Of a stretch of DNA of 64,000 nt, positions 27,478 to 36,197 are shown piece after piece. The stretch's first letter is position 1; each line of letters begins with the position of its first letter. The notes below the pieces were generated by a model, which was not told the origin of the DNA, ran no database searches, and saw only the letters and a list, made by a program, of their open reading frames with translations. A program made the position numbers and the translations under genes. The DNA is from Candidatus Udaeobacter sp. (GTDB lineage: Bacteria; Verrucomicrobiota; Verrucomicrobiia; Chthoniobacterales; UBA10450). The DNA lies in contig DASUKN010000105.1 in assembly GCA_036278715.1 (NCBI GenBank), positions 6,042 to 70,041 of the forward strand. The letters are read 5' to 3'.

Positions 27478-27596
27478 TGTCATGTCGAGCGGAGTCGCTG
27501 CAACGAAATGCGGAGCATGAGGCCAGGGTTTCAAACATCTCTGGAAATCTCAGCGCTCTTGTAATCAGAGATTCCTCGACTGCGCTCGGAATGACA
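27478..27596. repeat. MITE-like palindromic element (~119 bp) in the gap between the two IcmF halves
   Basis: Terminal inverted repeats tgtcatgtcgagcggagtcg ... cgactgcgctcggaatgaca. Related to the element at 34842-34983. Confidence 0.7.
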
Positions 27597-27616
27597 AAAC
27601 GATTAAAGGAAATTGT

Positions 27617-29431
27617 ATGAGCAAGCTCGGACAAGTCGTCGAATCGGTTGAAAATTATAACAAATTCGTTCTCGATCAGGTGAAGCGCGCGCGCACTGAT
27701 CAAAAATTCGGACGCGATCTGCTGGGACGCTGGAACGATACAAAAGCAAAAATTCCCGTTACGCGCACACCGACCGGCTTGCCGCTGCCGCGTCTCGCGT
27801 TGCCTGAGATCGACGAGCCCGGCGAGATTGCGCGTTTCATTTTTGGAGAAGGTTTGCCGGGCCAATTTCCTTATCTCAACGCCGCGTATCCCGAGATGTA
27901 CCTGGAGCCGATCCGCGAGATCGAGAGTTTCGATAAGAACGGCAGTCGGAGCCGGAGTGCCCTCGATACCGGCAAGAAGCTCACACAACCTGAAGAGCCT
28001 ACGCGTTTGTTCTCCGGCCTGATGCTGGCTGAAGACACAAACGAGCGGTTTCACTACTTAACGCGGCACCAACGCACTCATCGGCTCAGCACGGCCTTCG
28101 ATGGGCCGACCCTTTACGGGCTCGATAGCGATGCGGACGGTGTTTTTGGGAAAATCGGCGAGGGGGGCGTGGCCATCGATACCGTCGAAGACATGGTACG
28201 CCTGTACGACGGATTCGATCTGGGCTCTGCGAACTTCTCCGCTTCAATGACCATCAGCGGTCCGGCCCCAATGATCATGGCCATGTACATCGCCGCCGCC
28301 AAAAGGCGGTTTGGTCCCAAAGTCGTTTCGAGATTGCGCGGCACGGTTCAGGCCGACATTTTCAAAGAAGTCCAGGCACAGAACGAAACCATTTTCCCGA
28401 TCGAACCGTCGCTGCGGTTTCTGGCCGATATGGTGGAGTTCACTACGCGCGAAATGCCGCGTTGGTATCCAATCTCGATCAGCGGTTATCACATCGGCGA
28501 GGCGGGGTCGACGCCGGTCCAACAGGCGGCCTACACGCTTTCCAACGGTTTTGCTTACGCGGAGATGTTCGCCGCGCGCGGCATCCCGGTCGACCAATTC
28601 GGGCCAAGACTTTCCTTTTTTCTAGATTGCGGACTGGACGCGGAGTACATCGCGCTCTCGCGCGTGTCGCGCCGGATCTGGGCGATCGGAATGCGCGATG
28701 TGTTCGGCGCAGGTGCGAGAGCGCAGTTGTTCAAATTGCATACTCAAACCAGCGGGCGCTCGTTAATTGCCGCCGAATTCAAAAACAATCTTACCCGGAC
28801 GGCCACGGAACTGATTCTATGCTACATGAACGCTACGAATTCGTGTCACTCCAATAGCGCGGACGAACCGTTCACCACGCCGAGTGAAGAATGGATCCGG
28901 CTCGCGGCGCACGGCCAGGCGATTCTGCTGGAGGAATCGGGTATTTTCAAACACACCATGAACATGTTGAGCGGTTCGCCCGGTATGAAAGCGGTAGAGC
29001 GCGCTGTCGAAGCGGCGATCCTGAATGAGTTCCGCGAAATCGAGCGGCTCGGAGGCGTGCTCGCTGCGGTGGAAGAGCGATATCAACGCAGTCAGATTCA
29101 AAATGCCGCGCATCGGTACGAACAACAGATTTACGACGGAACTCGCCCCATCATTGGCTTGAACAAGTATCGCGACAACGATGAGGACGCTCCGGAGGTG
29201 AAGCTCGTTCGCACGCCCCGAGCGAAACAGCAGTTGCAAGTCGATCGGGTGCAAAAGTTCAAAAAGAAAAACGCCGAAAAAGCAAAACGCGCGTTGGACC
29301 AGCTCGCAACGGTTGCCGAGCGCGGCGACAATGTTTTCCCTGCTCTGCTTGAAGCAGCCGAAGTCTGTTCGTTAGGCCAGATCACCGGTCGGTTGCAGGA
29401 AGTCGTCGGCCGTTTTCGGCCGATGGTATAG
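27617..29431 (+). CDS. icmF: IcmF-type C-terminal half: acyl-CoA mutase substrate-binding (TIM-barrel) domain (methylmalonyl-CoA mutase family)
   Basis: 604 aa. LPGQFPY, PTRLFSG..TNERFHYL..RLSTAFDGPTLYG, ISISGYHIGEAG. As I recall, these blocks are characteristic of fused isobutyryl-CoA mutase rather than classical MCM. Confidence 0.75.
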   Translation: MSKLGQVVESVENYNKFVLDQVKRARTDQKFGRDLLGRWNDTKAKIPVTRTPTGLPLPRLALPEIDEPGEIARFIFGEGLPGQFPYLNAAYPEMYLEPIREIESFDKNGSRSRSALDTGKKLTQPEEPTRLFSGLMLAEDTNERFHYLTRHQRTHRLSTAFDGPTLYGLDSDADGVFGKIGEGGVAIDTVEDMVRLYDGFDLGSANFSASMTISGPAPMIMAMYIAAAKRRFGPKVVSRLRGTVQADIFKEVQAQNETIFPIEPSLRFLADMVEFTTREMPRWYPISISGYHIGEAGSTPVQQAAYTLSNGFAYAEMFAARGIPVDQFGPRLSFFLDCGLDAEYIALSRVSRRIWAIGMRDVFGAGARAQLFKLHTQTSGRSLIAAEFKNNLTRTATELILCYMNATNSCHSNSADEPFTTPSEEWIRLAAHGQAILLEESGIFKHTMNMLSGSPGMKAVERAVEAAILNEFREIERLGGVLAAVEERYQRSQIQNAAHRYEQQIYDGTRPIIGLNKYRDNDEDAPEVKLVRTPRAKQQLQVDRVQKFKKKNAEKAKRALDQLATVAERGDNVFPALLEAAEVCSLGQITGRLQEVVGRFRPMV

Positions 29432-29556
29432 CACGCACGTAGCACGCCTATACTGGCTGTGGGCTGGCGGGCATCTCGGCTGCCCAACCTTGTAACACAC
29501 GCACGCAAGATGCCCGCATGCCCAACAGTCAGCATGCTTGTGCTACGATTACTCGT

Positions 29557-30285
29557 ATGCCAGGGAAAACGTACATCGGCACCAGTGGTTGGAATTATAA
29601 AACCTGGCGTGCCGATTTCTATGGCGACAAGCCCCAAAAACGATGGCTCCGGTTTTGCGCGGAACATTTCACCTCAATCGAAGTAAACGGCACGTTTTAC
29701 CGGCTCCAGCCGCCAAGCACGTTTCAAAAATGGCGGGACGAAACTCCGGACGGATTTCCGTTTGCCATCAAAGGACATCGCTACGTCACCCACAACAAAA
29801 AGCTAATCGACGTCGAAGAACCGGTGATTCGTTGCCGCGATGCTGCGGCTCCACTCGGCACACGATTGGCTGCTGTGGTGTGGCAGCTTCCCGCATTTTT
29901 TAAAAAGAACATCGAGCGACTTGGAAAGTTTTTAGAAGCACTGCGGCTCTGGGAAACCACGCGACATGCCATCGAGTTTCGTCACAAGACGTGGTTCGAT
30001 GACGAAGTAGCCCAATGTCTGACCAAACACGCAGTCGCGATCTGTATGTCCGACGCGCCGGATTGGCCGATGTGGGACCGGGTGACGACGGATCTCGTTT
30101 ACATCCGGTTACACGGACACACGCGGAAATACGCGTCGAATTATAGCAAGCCCTCGCTCAAAAACTGGGCAAATCGAGTCCGCACCTGGCTCGACGAGAA
30201 TCGCGACGTCCACGTTTACTTCGACAATGACGCCGAAGGCGCCGCGCCGAGGAACGCGCTGACACTGCTGGAAATGCTGCGCTAA
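29557..30285 (+). CDS. DUF72 family protein
   Basis: Start moved to ATG 29557. YIGTSGWNYKTWRADFYG and IEVNGTFYR are the typical DUF72 N-terminal blocks. Confidence 0.8.
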   Translation: MPGKTYIGTSGWNYKTWRADFYGDKPQKRWLRFCAEHFTSIEVNGTFYRLQPPSTFQKWRDETPDGFPFAIKGHRYVTHNKKLIDVEEPVIRCRDAAAPLGTRLAAVVWQLPAFFKKNIERLGKFLEALRLWETTRHAIEFRHKTWFDDEVAQCLTKHAVAICMSDAPDWPMWDRVTTDLVYIRLHGHTRKYASNYSKPSLKNWANRVRTWLDENRDVHVYFDNDAEGAAPRNALTLLEMLR

Positions 30286-30293
30286 CAAATCCG

Positions 30294-30454
30294 ATCTCAT
30301 TAACACCGGTCTTTAGACCGGTGTTTGTCAAGATGGCCGACAAAGCCGTTTCAACGGCTTTGTAAAGAGGAACAAGACTATGTCCGCGGAGCCGTTGAAA
30401 CGGCTGGTGACGCAGCATCAAAAGCATCTGGTTGAAGCCAGGCGCTAATCAGAT
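30294..30454. repeat. Palindromic MITE-like element (~160 bp) between convergent genes
   Basis: Imperfect terminal inverted repeats atctcattaacaccggtctttagacc / ggttgaagccaggcgctaatcagat. Internal palindromes aacaccggtct/agaccggtgtt, gccgtttcaacggc and gccgttgaaacggc. The right end overlaps the mutM stop codon. Confidence 0.6.
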
Positions 30455-31237
30455 GCGTTTCTGGCAATGCGCGCAAAACCATGAAGTGCGACCGCCGATC
30501 GTTGCTGATTGCAACGCGCGGCCGCAACGCGGACATCTGCCGCGTTTTTCACGACGTGTCAGCAGCCAGGATTTCGGCAAACGATTGAAATCGGTTTTCA
30601 ACGCAATCGCTTTGGCCAGCACCTGCCGGGTCGCGCGAAACAGCCTCGCCAGATCCTTGTCTCGCAACCTGGCAGCTTCACTGGCCGGGTGCATGCGTGC
30701 CCGGAAAAGAATTTCATCGGCATAAAGATTGCCAATCCCGGCGATCAACTGCTGGTTCAACAAAATCGCTTTCGTCGCGCCGCGGTGTTTTGAAAGAATT
30801 GCTTTGAATCCCGGGAAACTAATTTCGAGTGCGTCAGGACCAAGGCCGCGTGTTCGCAAAAATTTTTCGACATTCTCAATCAATCCGACCTCGCCAAATT
30901 TTCGTTGATCGTCGAACGCCAGAGCGCAGCTGTTTGAGAAGCGAAAAATCACACGCGCGGTTTTCGGTGCCACCTTGTCATGTTTCAGGTACTCAAGCGC
31001 CCCAGTCATGCCGAAATGCAACCGCAACCAAAGCTCGTCACCGGCCCGCACAAACAAATGTTTGCCGTGGCGCTCACTTTTTTGGAACCGGCGCCCTCTC
31101 AGTCGCCGCCCCAGTTCACGCGCGGAAATACGTTCCAATACATACGAGTCGTGCACTTCGACGTTGCTGATTCGCTGGTGCAATGAGGTGCTGTCCAAAT
31201 ATCGCTTGGACATTTCGACTTCCGGCAACTCTGGCAT
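30449..31237 (-). CDS. mutM: Formamidopyrimidine-DNA glycosylase (Fpg/MutM)
   Basis: N-terminal MPELPEVE, H2TH region, C-terminal zinc finger CPRCG...CAHCQ. Confidence 0.9.
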   Translation of the reverse strand: MPELPEVEMSKRYLDSTSLHQRISNVEVHDSYVLERISARELGRRLRGRRFQKSERHGKHLFVRAGDELWLRLHFGMTGALEYLKHDKVAPKTARVIFRFSNSCALAFDDQRKFGEVGLIENVEKFLRTRGLGPDALEISFPGFKAILSKHRGATKAILLNQQLIAGIGNLYADEILFRARMHPASEAARLRDKDLARLFRATRQVLAKAIALKTDFNRLPKSWLLTRREKRGRCPRCGRALQSATIGGRTSWFCAHCQKRI

Positions 31238-31266
31238 CGCGCTTACGTTTGCACTTAGTTCAAACG

Positions 31267-32010
31267 ATGTCCCACAACCAATTGGATAAGTTTCTGCGAC
31301 TGTTAAAAGCTTCCCCCTCCGGCGCGGTATTTAATCCGTGGTGGCAAATCGATGAGCAAAACGACATCGGTCCGCACTCCCCAGCGATTCGCAGAAAACA
31401 TTTGGCCGCCTATTTCCGCGAACGGCTCGGCAAGGTTCGAGTGGTGATCATCGGAGAAGCGCTCGGTTATCGCGGCGGTCATTTCAGCGGAATCCCAATG
31501 ACTTCCGAGCGCATTCTGCTTGGAAAGCAGCCGGCAATCGCAGCCGCGCTGAGCGAGCGCCGAAACCGAAAACCGAATTCCAAGAACAGCGGTCATCACG
31601 GCAAGCCGGCACGACAGATCCTTTCGGGCTTGAGGCCGCGCCGCACCAGCAAACCGAGTGTTTGTGCGGATGGTTTTTCGGAACCGACGGCGACGATTGT
31701 GTGGGGCGCGTTGCTGAAGACTGGCGTGCCGCCAAACGAGTTCGTTTTGTGGAATGCATTTCCGTGGCATTCGTTCGATCCGCGACGGGGGCTTTTGAGC
31801 AATCGCGCGCCTGACAAGTCGGAACAACTTTGCGGTCGCGCTGTGTTGAAGGCCTTCCTGGAATTATTTCCTTGTGAGACAATCGTTTCACTGGGAAAGA
31901 TCGCCGCCGCCCAGCTCGAGCAACTCGGCGTCAAAGGGCAGTGCGTTCGCCACCCGGCATCCGGCGGCGCCAAACTATTTCGCCAGCAGATCGCCGGGAT
32001 TATCCGCTGA
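31267..32010 (+). CDS. Uracil-DNA glycosylase superfamily protein
   Basis: Start moved to ATG 31267, divergent from mutM. Motifs GEALGYRGG, FPWHSF, HPASGG. Confidence 0.65.
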   Translation: MSHNQLDKFLRLLKASPSGAVFNPWWQIDEQNDIGPHSPAIRRKHLAAYFRERLGKVRVVIIGEALGYRGGHFSGIPMTSERILLGKQPAIAAALSERRNRKPNSKNSGHHGKPARQILSGLRPRRTSKPSVCADGFSEPTATIVWGALLKTGVPPNEFVLWNAFPWHSFDPRRGLLSNRAPDKSEQLCGRAVLKAFLELFPCETIVSLGKIAAAQLEQLGVKGQCVRHPASGGAKLFRQQIAGIIR

Positions 32011-32099
32011 TCGCCGCGTACACCAGGGGTTTACGGCACGCAGCTACGAAAGATTCAGAGCTCTTTTCTGTCGCTTGCAACCTGGTATGACATCACCGC

Positions 32100-32477
32100 G
32101 TGCTGACTCATAAATCTGGCGGTGGATGGACAGAACAAAAACTAAAGATTCTGGACAATTACTTGGTCGCGTATTGCAGGATTTTTCAGATAAATCCAGG
32201 AGCAAAACACTTCGACACGATCGATGTCGATGCTTTCGCGGGAACAGGTCTCGTAACTCAGCGAAAAGACGCTGCCAAGGGAGCGAAGTTGGTGGCGAAT
32301 CCGGATGGTGCGCTCGACCGATGAAAATCGAATGGACTCGGGAGATCTTTAAGGCGTGTCGAAAGCAAAATGTTTCCATTTTTCTTTAAGCAATGGGGCG
32401 GAGTCCGCAAAGACCTGACCGGTCGCTTACTTCGTGGGAGAACCTACGACGAGATGCCAGTCAGAGTGGCGGCATGA
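32100..32477 (+). pseudogene. Remnant: N-terminal fragment of a TcmP-like (three-Cys-motif partner) gene joined to a frameshifted C-terminal fragment of a DUF5131 (phage Gp37/Gp68) gene
   Basis: Frame 1: GGWTEQKLKILDNYLVAYCRIF...IDVDAFAGTG (TcmP-like N-terminus), then stop. Frame 2: [29 protein letters not shown]. After a 1-nt shift in a T-run (~32378-32386): [27 protein letters not shown] (DUF5131 C-terminus). Confidence 0.55.
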
Positions 32478-32480
32478 GGT

Positions 32481-33266
32481 TCACTCCTTCGGCGGTTCGC
32501 TCTTTTTGATTAGTGCCGTCAAGAGGTCGATCGGAAGGGGAAAAAAGGTCGTGGTGTTATGTTCGCTGGAAATTTCGCGCATGGTTTGCAGGAAGCGTAG
32601 TTGCAGCGCAATCGGCTCCTTGCTCATCATCGCTGCGGCCTGCACCATTTTTTCCGCAGCCTGGAATTCGCCCTCGGCGTTGACGATCTTTGCACGCCGC
32701 TCGCGCTCAGCTTCCGCTTGCTTTGCCATCGCACGCTTCATTGTATCGGGCAGCGCGACATCCTTGACCTCGACCGCCGTGACTTTGACTCCCCACGGTT
32801 CGGTTTGCCGGTCGATGATCTCCTGCAACTTCTGGTTGATCGACTCGCGCTGCGAAAGAAGGTCGTCCAAGGGAGCCTGGCCGAGCACGCTGCGCAATGT
32901 CGTCTGCGACATCAGCGAGGTGGCTTTGAGAAAATTCTCCACCTTCACGACGGCGGCTTGCGGATCGACTACGCGGAAATAAACAACCGCGTCGACCGTC
33001 ACCGGCACGTTGTCACGCGTCATCACTTCCTGTCGCTCGACGCTGATGGTCACGACGCGCAAATCCATACGCACCATCCGATCGACGATCGGAATAAGAA
33101 CAATCACGCCCGGACCTTTTGCGCCGAGCAATTTTCCGAGGCGAAAAATCACGCCGCGCTCGTATTCGCGCAGGATCCGGATCGCCTGCGGAAAAATAAT
33201 GATCGCAAGAATGATGATGGGCACGGCCCAACTGAGCAATCGGGGAAACGCTTCGAGTAATTCCAT
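32481..33266 (-). CDS. SPFH/Band 7 (stomatin/slipin-like) membrane protein
   Basis: Start at ATG 33266 preceded by AAGGAGA. TM helix, then YERGVIFRLGK and a prohibitin-homology domain with a coiled-coil EAERE tail. Confidence 0.85.
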   Translation of the reverse strand: MELLEAFPRLLSWAVPIIILAIIIFPQAIRILREYERGVIFRLGKLLGAKGPGVIVLIPIVDRMVRMDLRVVTISVERQEVMTRDNVPVTVDAVVYFRVVDPQAAVVKVENFLKATSLMSQTTLRSVLGQAPLDDLLSQRESINQKLQEIIDRQTEPWGVKVTAVEVKDVALPDTMKRAMAKQAEAERERRAKIVNAEGEFQAAEKMVQAAAMMSKEPIALQLRFLQTMREISSEHNTTTFFPLPIDLLTALIKKSEPPKE

Positions 33267-33277
33267 GGCTGTCTCCT

Positions 33278-34369
33278 TTAATTCAACAGTTCGTACCAAT
33301 TATTGCGCCGGCGCGGTTCGTAACCGGCATCGCGAATGAGCGATTCGATTTGCGCTGCATCCAGCCGAAATGTTGTGCCCGCACTGCTAACCACATTTTC
33401 TTCCATCATCACCGAACCAAAATCATTCGCGCCGTATCTCAGCGCGATCTGGCCAATGTTCGGTCCCTGTGTCACCCAGGAGCTTTGAATATTTTCAATG
33501 TTGTCCAGAAAGATTCGGGCTAGCGCTTGCATGCGCAGGTACTCCGAGACACCAGTCGGCCGCGTCACTTTCAAAACCGTATGCTGCGGTTGGAAGGTCC
33601 AACAAATGAATGCCGTGAATCCGCCGCTGCGATCCTGTTGCTCGCGAATCCGCTGTAAATGTTCGACGCGATCTTCGATTGTTTCGACGTGGCCGAACAT
33701 CATTGTGGCGCTCGATTTCAACCCGAGCTCATGCGCCACCTGCATTACCTCGAGCCATTGGTCACTGTTAATTTTTAAAGGGGCAATCCTCTTCCGAACC
33801 CGGTCCACGAGAATTTCGCCGCCGCCCCCCGGGATGGAGCCGAGCCCGGCTGCCTTGAATTGCGCGATCACTTCGCGCAGCGGCATCCGGAATGTTTCCG
33901 CGAAATGTTGAAACTCCGGCGGACTAAATCCGTGGATATTGATGTGCGGATATTTTTCGCGGATGTGCCGTAGAAGATCGATGTACCATTTGAACTGCAA
34001 TTTTGGATGATGGCCACCCTGCATCAGGATTTGCACTCCGCCTGCAGCAGTAAGTTCGTCCAGTTTTTGATCCAGCTGCTCAAAGCTCAGCACGTAATGA
34101 TCTTCATCGCGCTCGGTCCGATAAAACGCGCAGAACTTGCAGTAAACGTTGCAAACGTTCGTGTAATTGATGTTGCGATCGACGATGTAAGTTACGATCT
34201 CGCGGCCGCGGCCATCGTAGCTTCTGGCCTTTGCCAATTCGCGCCGCGCATTCGCAAGCGCTGCCAATTCCTCCAGTGGCCATCGATACAATTGCAGCAC
34301 GTCGTCCCGAGAGATCCGCGCGCCTTCCACGATTTTTTCCGTGAGCACATCTCGATTAAGTGAAACCAT
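33278..34369 (-). CDS. CofH/MqnC/MqnE-family radical SAM enzyme of the futalosine menaquinone pathway (cyclic dehypoxanthinyl futalosine synthase MqnC or aminofutalosine synthase MqnE)
   Basis: VDRNINYTNVCNVYCKFCAFYR (CxxxCxxC), MQGGHHP, GGGEI. 363 aa. I cannot separate MqnC from MqnE by eye. Confidence 0.75.
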   Translation of the reverse strand: MVSLNRDVLTEKIVEGARISRDDVLQLYRWPLEELAALANARRELAKARSYDGRGREIVTYIVDRNINYTNVCNVYCKFCAFYRTERDEDHYVLSFEQLDQKLDELTAAGGVQILMQGGHHPKLQFKWYIDLLRHIREKYPHINIHGFSPPEFQHFAETFRMPLREVIAQFKAAGLGSIPGGGGEILVDRVRKRIAPLKINSDQWLEVMQVAHELGLKSSATMMFGHVETIEDRVEHLQRIREQQDRSGGFTAFICWTFQPQHTVLKVTRPTGVSEYLRMQALARIFLDNIENIQSSWVTQGPNIGQIALRYGANDFGSVMMEENVVSSAGTTFRLDAAQIESLIRDAGYEPRRRNNWYELLN

Positions 34370-34521
34370 GGGAGATACATCTTAGACGCTGCGGAAAATT
34401 TGGCACGCACCAAACTCCAGGGCGTCCGCCGCGGCGGACGCCAGCGAGATCGGCGTCTCACAGAGACGCCCTGTAATTCAAGCCTCCTTGTTTTTAGTCG
34501 TCGCGCTTACATCATGGTGAT

Positions 34522-35586
34522 GTGACAGAACGAATTGCAATTATCGGTGCGGGCGTATCGGGGCTCACGTGTGGGGTAGTGCTTGCTGAGCACGGCTACC
34601 CCACCAGCATTTTCGCAAAACATACCGGGCAGCAAACAACCTCCGGTGCCGCTGCAGCGGTTTGGTTTCCCTACCATGTCGAACCGGCCGAAAGGGTGAT
34701 TCCCCTGGCACTCAAAACGTACGACGTTCTTCTAGATCTCGCTCGGTTTGCCGAAACTGGTGTCTCCGTCATCGAGTCGAAGCAGTTCTTGCGCACCGGT
34801 GAAATCGAAATTCCGGATTGGGCCATTCCGCTGGGCGCTTCTGTCATCCCGAGCGCAGTCGAGGCTGCAACGGAGCAGACGAAGTCTCCGGGGGCAGGCT
34901 TTCAATCCCGCGACGTCACATTAAAGGTTTCTCTGCGGGATCCTTCGACTCCTCGCGCGTTCGCGGGATCCGCTCAGGATGACCATCAATTCGCCAGTGG
35001 CTTCTCGCTGCGTACTCCGCTCACAGACACCACGATTTATCTCGACTATTTAGCCGTGCGCTTTCGCAAGGCTGGCGGGGAAATTCACGCCGATGTCTGC
35101 TTCGAAAAAATCGACGAAGTCGATGAAAAATTCGACTTCGTGATCAACTGCGCAGGGATCGGTGCGCGCGAGCTTCTGCAAGACACCGATCTCGAGCCGC
35201 ACCGCGGCCAGGTTGCAATTGTTTCAAAGATTGAGGGTCTTTCCAGCGCGATTGTCTGCGATGACGAGCCGCTCATGTACGCGATCCCGCGCAAAAACGA
35301 TTGTGTTTTCGGTGGAACCAACGAACTCAGCGACAACCTGTCTGCCGATTCCGTAACCACTTCTCGAATTGTCGCTGAATGCAGTCGAGTGCTGAACATC
35401 GAAAAACCCCGCGTCATCGCTGAGCGCGTCGGGCTGCGCCCGTTCCGAAGATCAGGCGTCCGCCTGGAGCGCGACCAGTCGGCTGATGGCCGCAGAGTCA
35501 TTCACAATTACGGTCACGGCGGCGCTGGATTCACACTCTCGTGGGGATGCGCGCGTGAAGTTCTCGACATTGCGCTGTCTAGTTAG
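34522..35586 (+). CDS. FAD-dependent oxidoreductase, D-amino-acid oxidase family, carrying an in-frame repeat insertion
   Basis: GTG start. IAIIGAGVSGLTCG dinucleotide fold. C-terminal HNYGHGGAGFTLSWGCA, typical of DAO. Confidence 0.8.
   Translation: MTERIAIIGAGVSGLTCGVVLAEHGYPTSIFAKHTGQQTTSGAAAAVWFPYHVEPAERVIPLALKTYDVLLDLARFAETGVSVIESKQFLRTGEIEIPDWAIPLGASVIPSAVEAATEQTKSPGAGFQSRDVTLKVSLRDPSTPRAFAGSAQDDHQFASGFSLRTPLTDTTIYLDYLAVRFRKAGGEIHADVCFEKIDEVDEKFDFVINCAGIGARELLQDTDLEPHRGQVAIVSKIEGLSSAIVCDDEPLMYAIPRKNDCVFGGTNELSDNLSADSVTTSRIVAECSRVLNIEKPRVIAERVGLRPFRRSGVRLERDQSADGRRVIHNYGHGGAGFTLSWGCAREVLDIALSS
34842..34983. repeat. MITE-like palindromic element inserted in frame in the DAO-like gene
   Basis: tgtcatcccgagcgcagtcgagg ... 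ccttcgactcctcgcgcg..cgctcaggatgac. Same family as 27478-27596. Translates as SVIPSAVEAATEQTKSPGAGFQSRDVTLKVSLRDPSTPRAFAGSAQDD. Confidence 0.65.
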
Positions 35587-35700
35587 TGCCCGTCACGCGT
35601 CTTGTTTGGGCGGCGCGCCGAAACGATGTTTTACCTAACGAGAATGGAACTTCGCGAATGCGAGAACGGCTGCGGCCAGTGCGCGATACGCGAGCGCTAA

Positions 35701-36099
35701 CTACGTCAGTGCGATGCACTGAAAGGAACTGACGACGTCGTCGGGACCCTTCTCCGCAAAGAAACTTTCGTAGTAGCCGGGGCCGAGGTCCCAATGCGGG
35801 CCTTTGTAATAATCATCGCGATAAAATCGCCACACACCGCTCACGACGATGACGCAGCTCATTCGGTCGTTCCAATAGTCGCCAACATAATGAAAACTGA
35901 GGTTGGTGCGTGCATAAGAACCTTTGAAGCCGATATGGTCGTAAAGGATCAGTTCAGGCAGACGGGTGATATCCTTAGTGGGTTCTATGTCGACCTTGCC
36001 CAGTGCAGAAGAGCGATAGCTCAGGGCGCCGAGGTTCCATTTCATGTCGATGACGCACCCGTTATCGGGCGACAATTCAATTTTGGATAGTCGTGGCAT
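35701..36099 (-). CDS. Beta/gamma-crystallin domain protein
   Basis: Two Greek-key signatures: LYDHIGFKG...NDRMSCVIV and WRFYRDDYYKG...DDVVSSFQCI. Confidence 0.6.
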   Translation of the reverse strand: MPRLSKIELSPDNGCVIDMKWNLGALSYRSSALGKVDIEPTKDITRLPELILYDHIGFKGSYARTNLSFHYVGDYWNDRMSCVIVVSGVWRFYRDDYYKGPHWDLGPGYYESFFAEKGPDDVVSSFQCIALT

Positions 36100-36197
36100 A
36101 AGCGTGCAGGGGCGATGGTTTCCCGTAATTTGATCAGATGAATTCTGCTCTGTCGAGCAAAGAGATTAACTCCTCCCCCGGAGCTGTGGATCGGCGC

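Noticed and set aside
27161-28054. 297-aa minus-strand ORF spanning the IcmF gap and both flanking genes.
   Set aside because: It runs antisense to two ORFs with clear P-loop and mutase motifs and passes through the palindromic repeat. Its translation is low-complexity (R/S/A-rich) with no recognisable domain.
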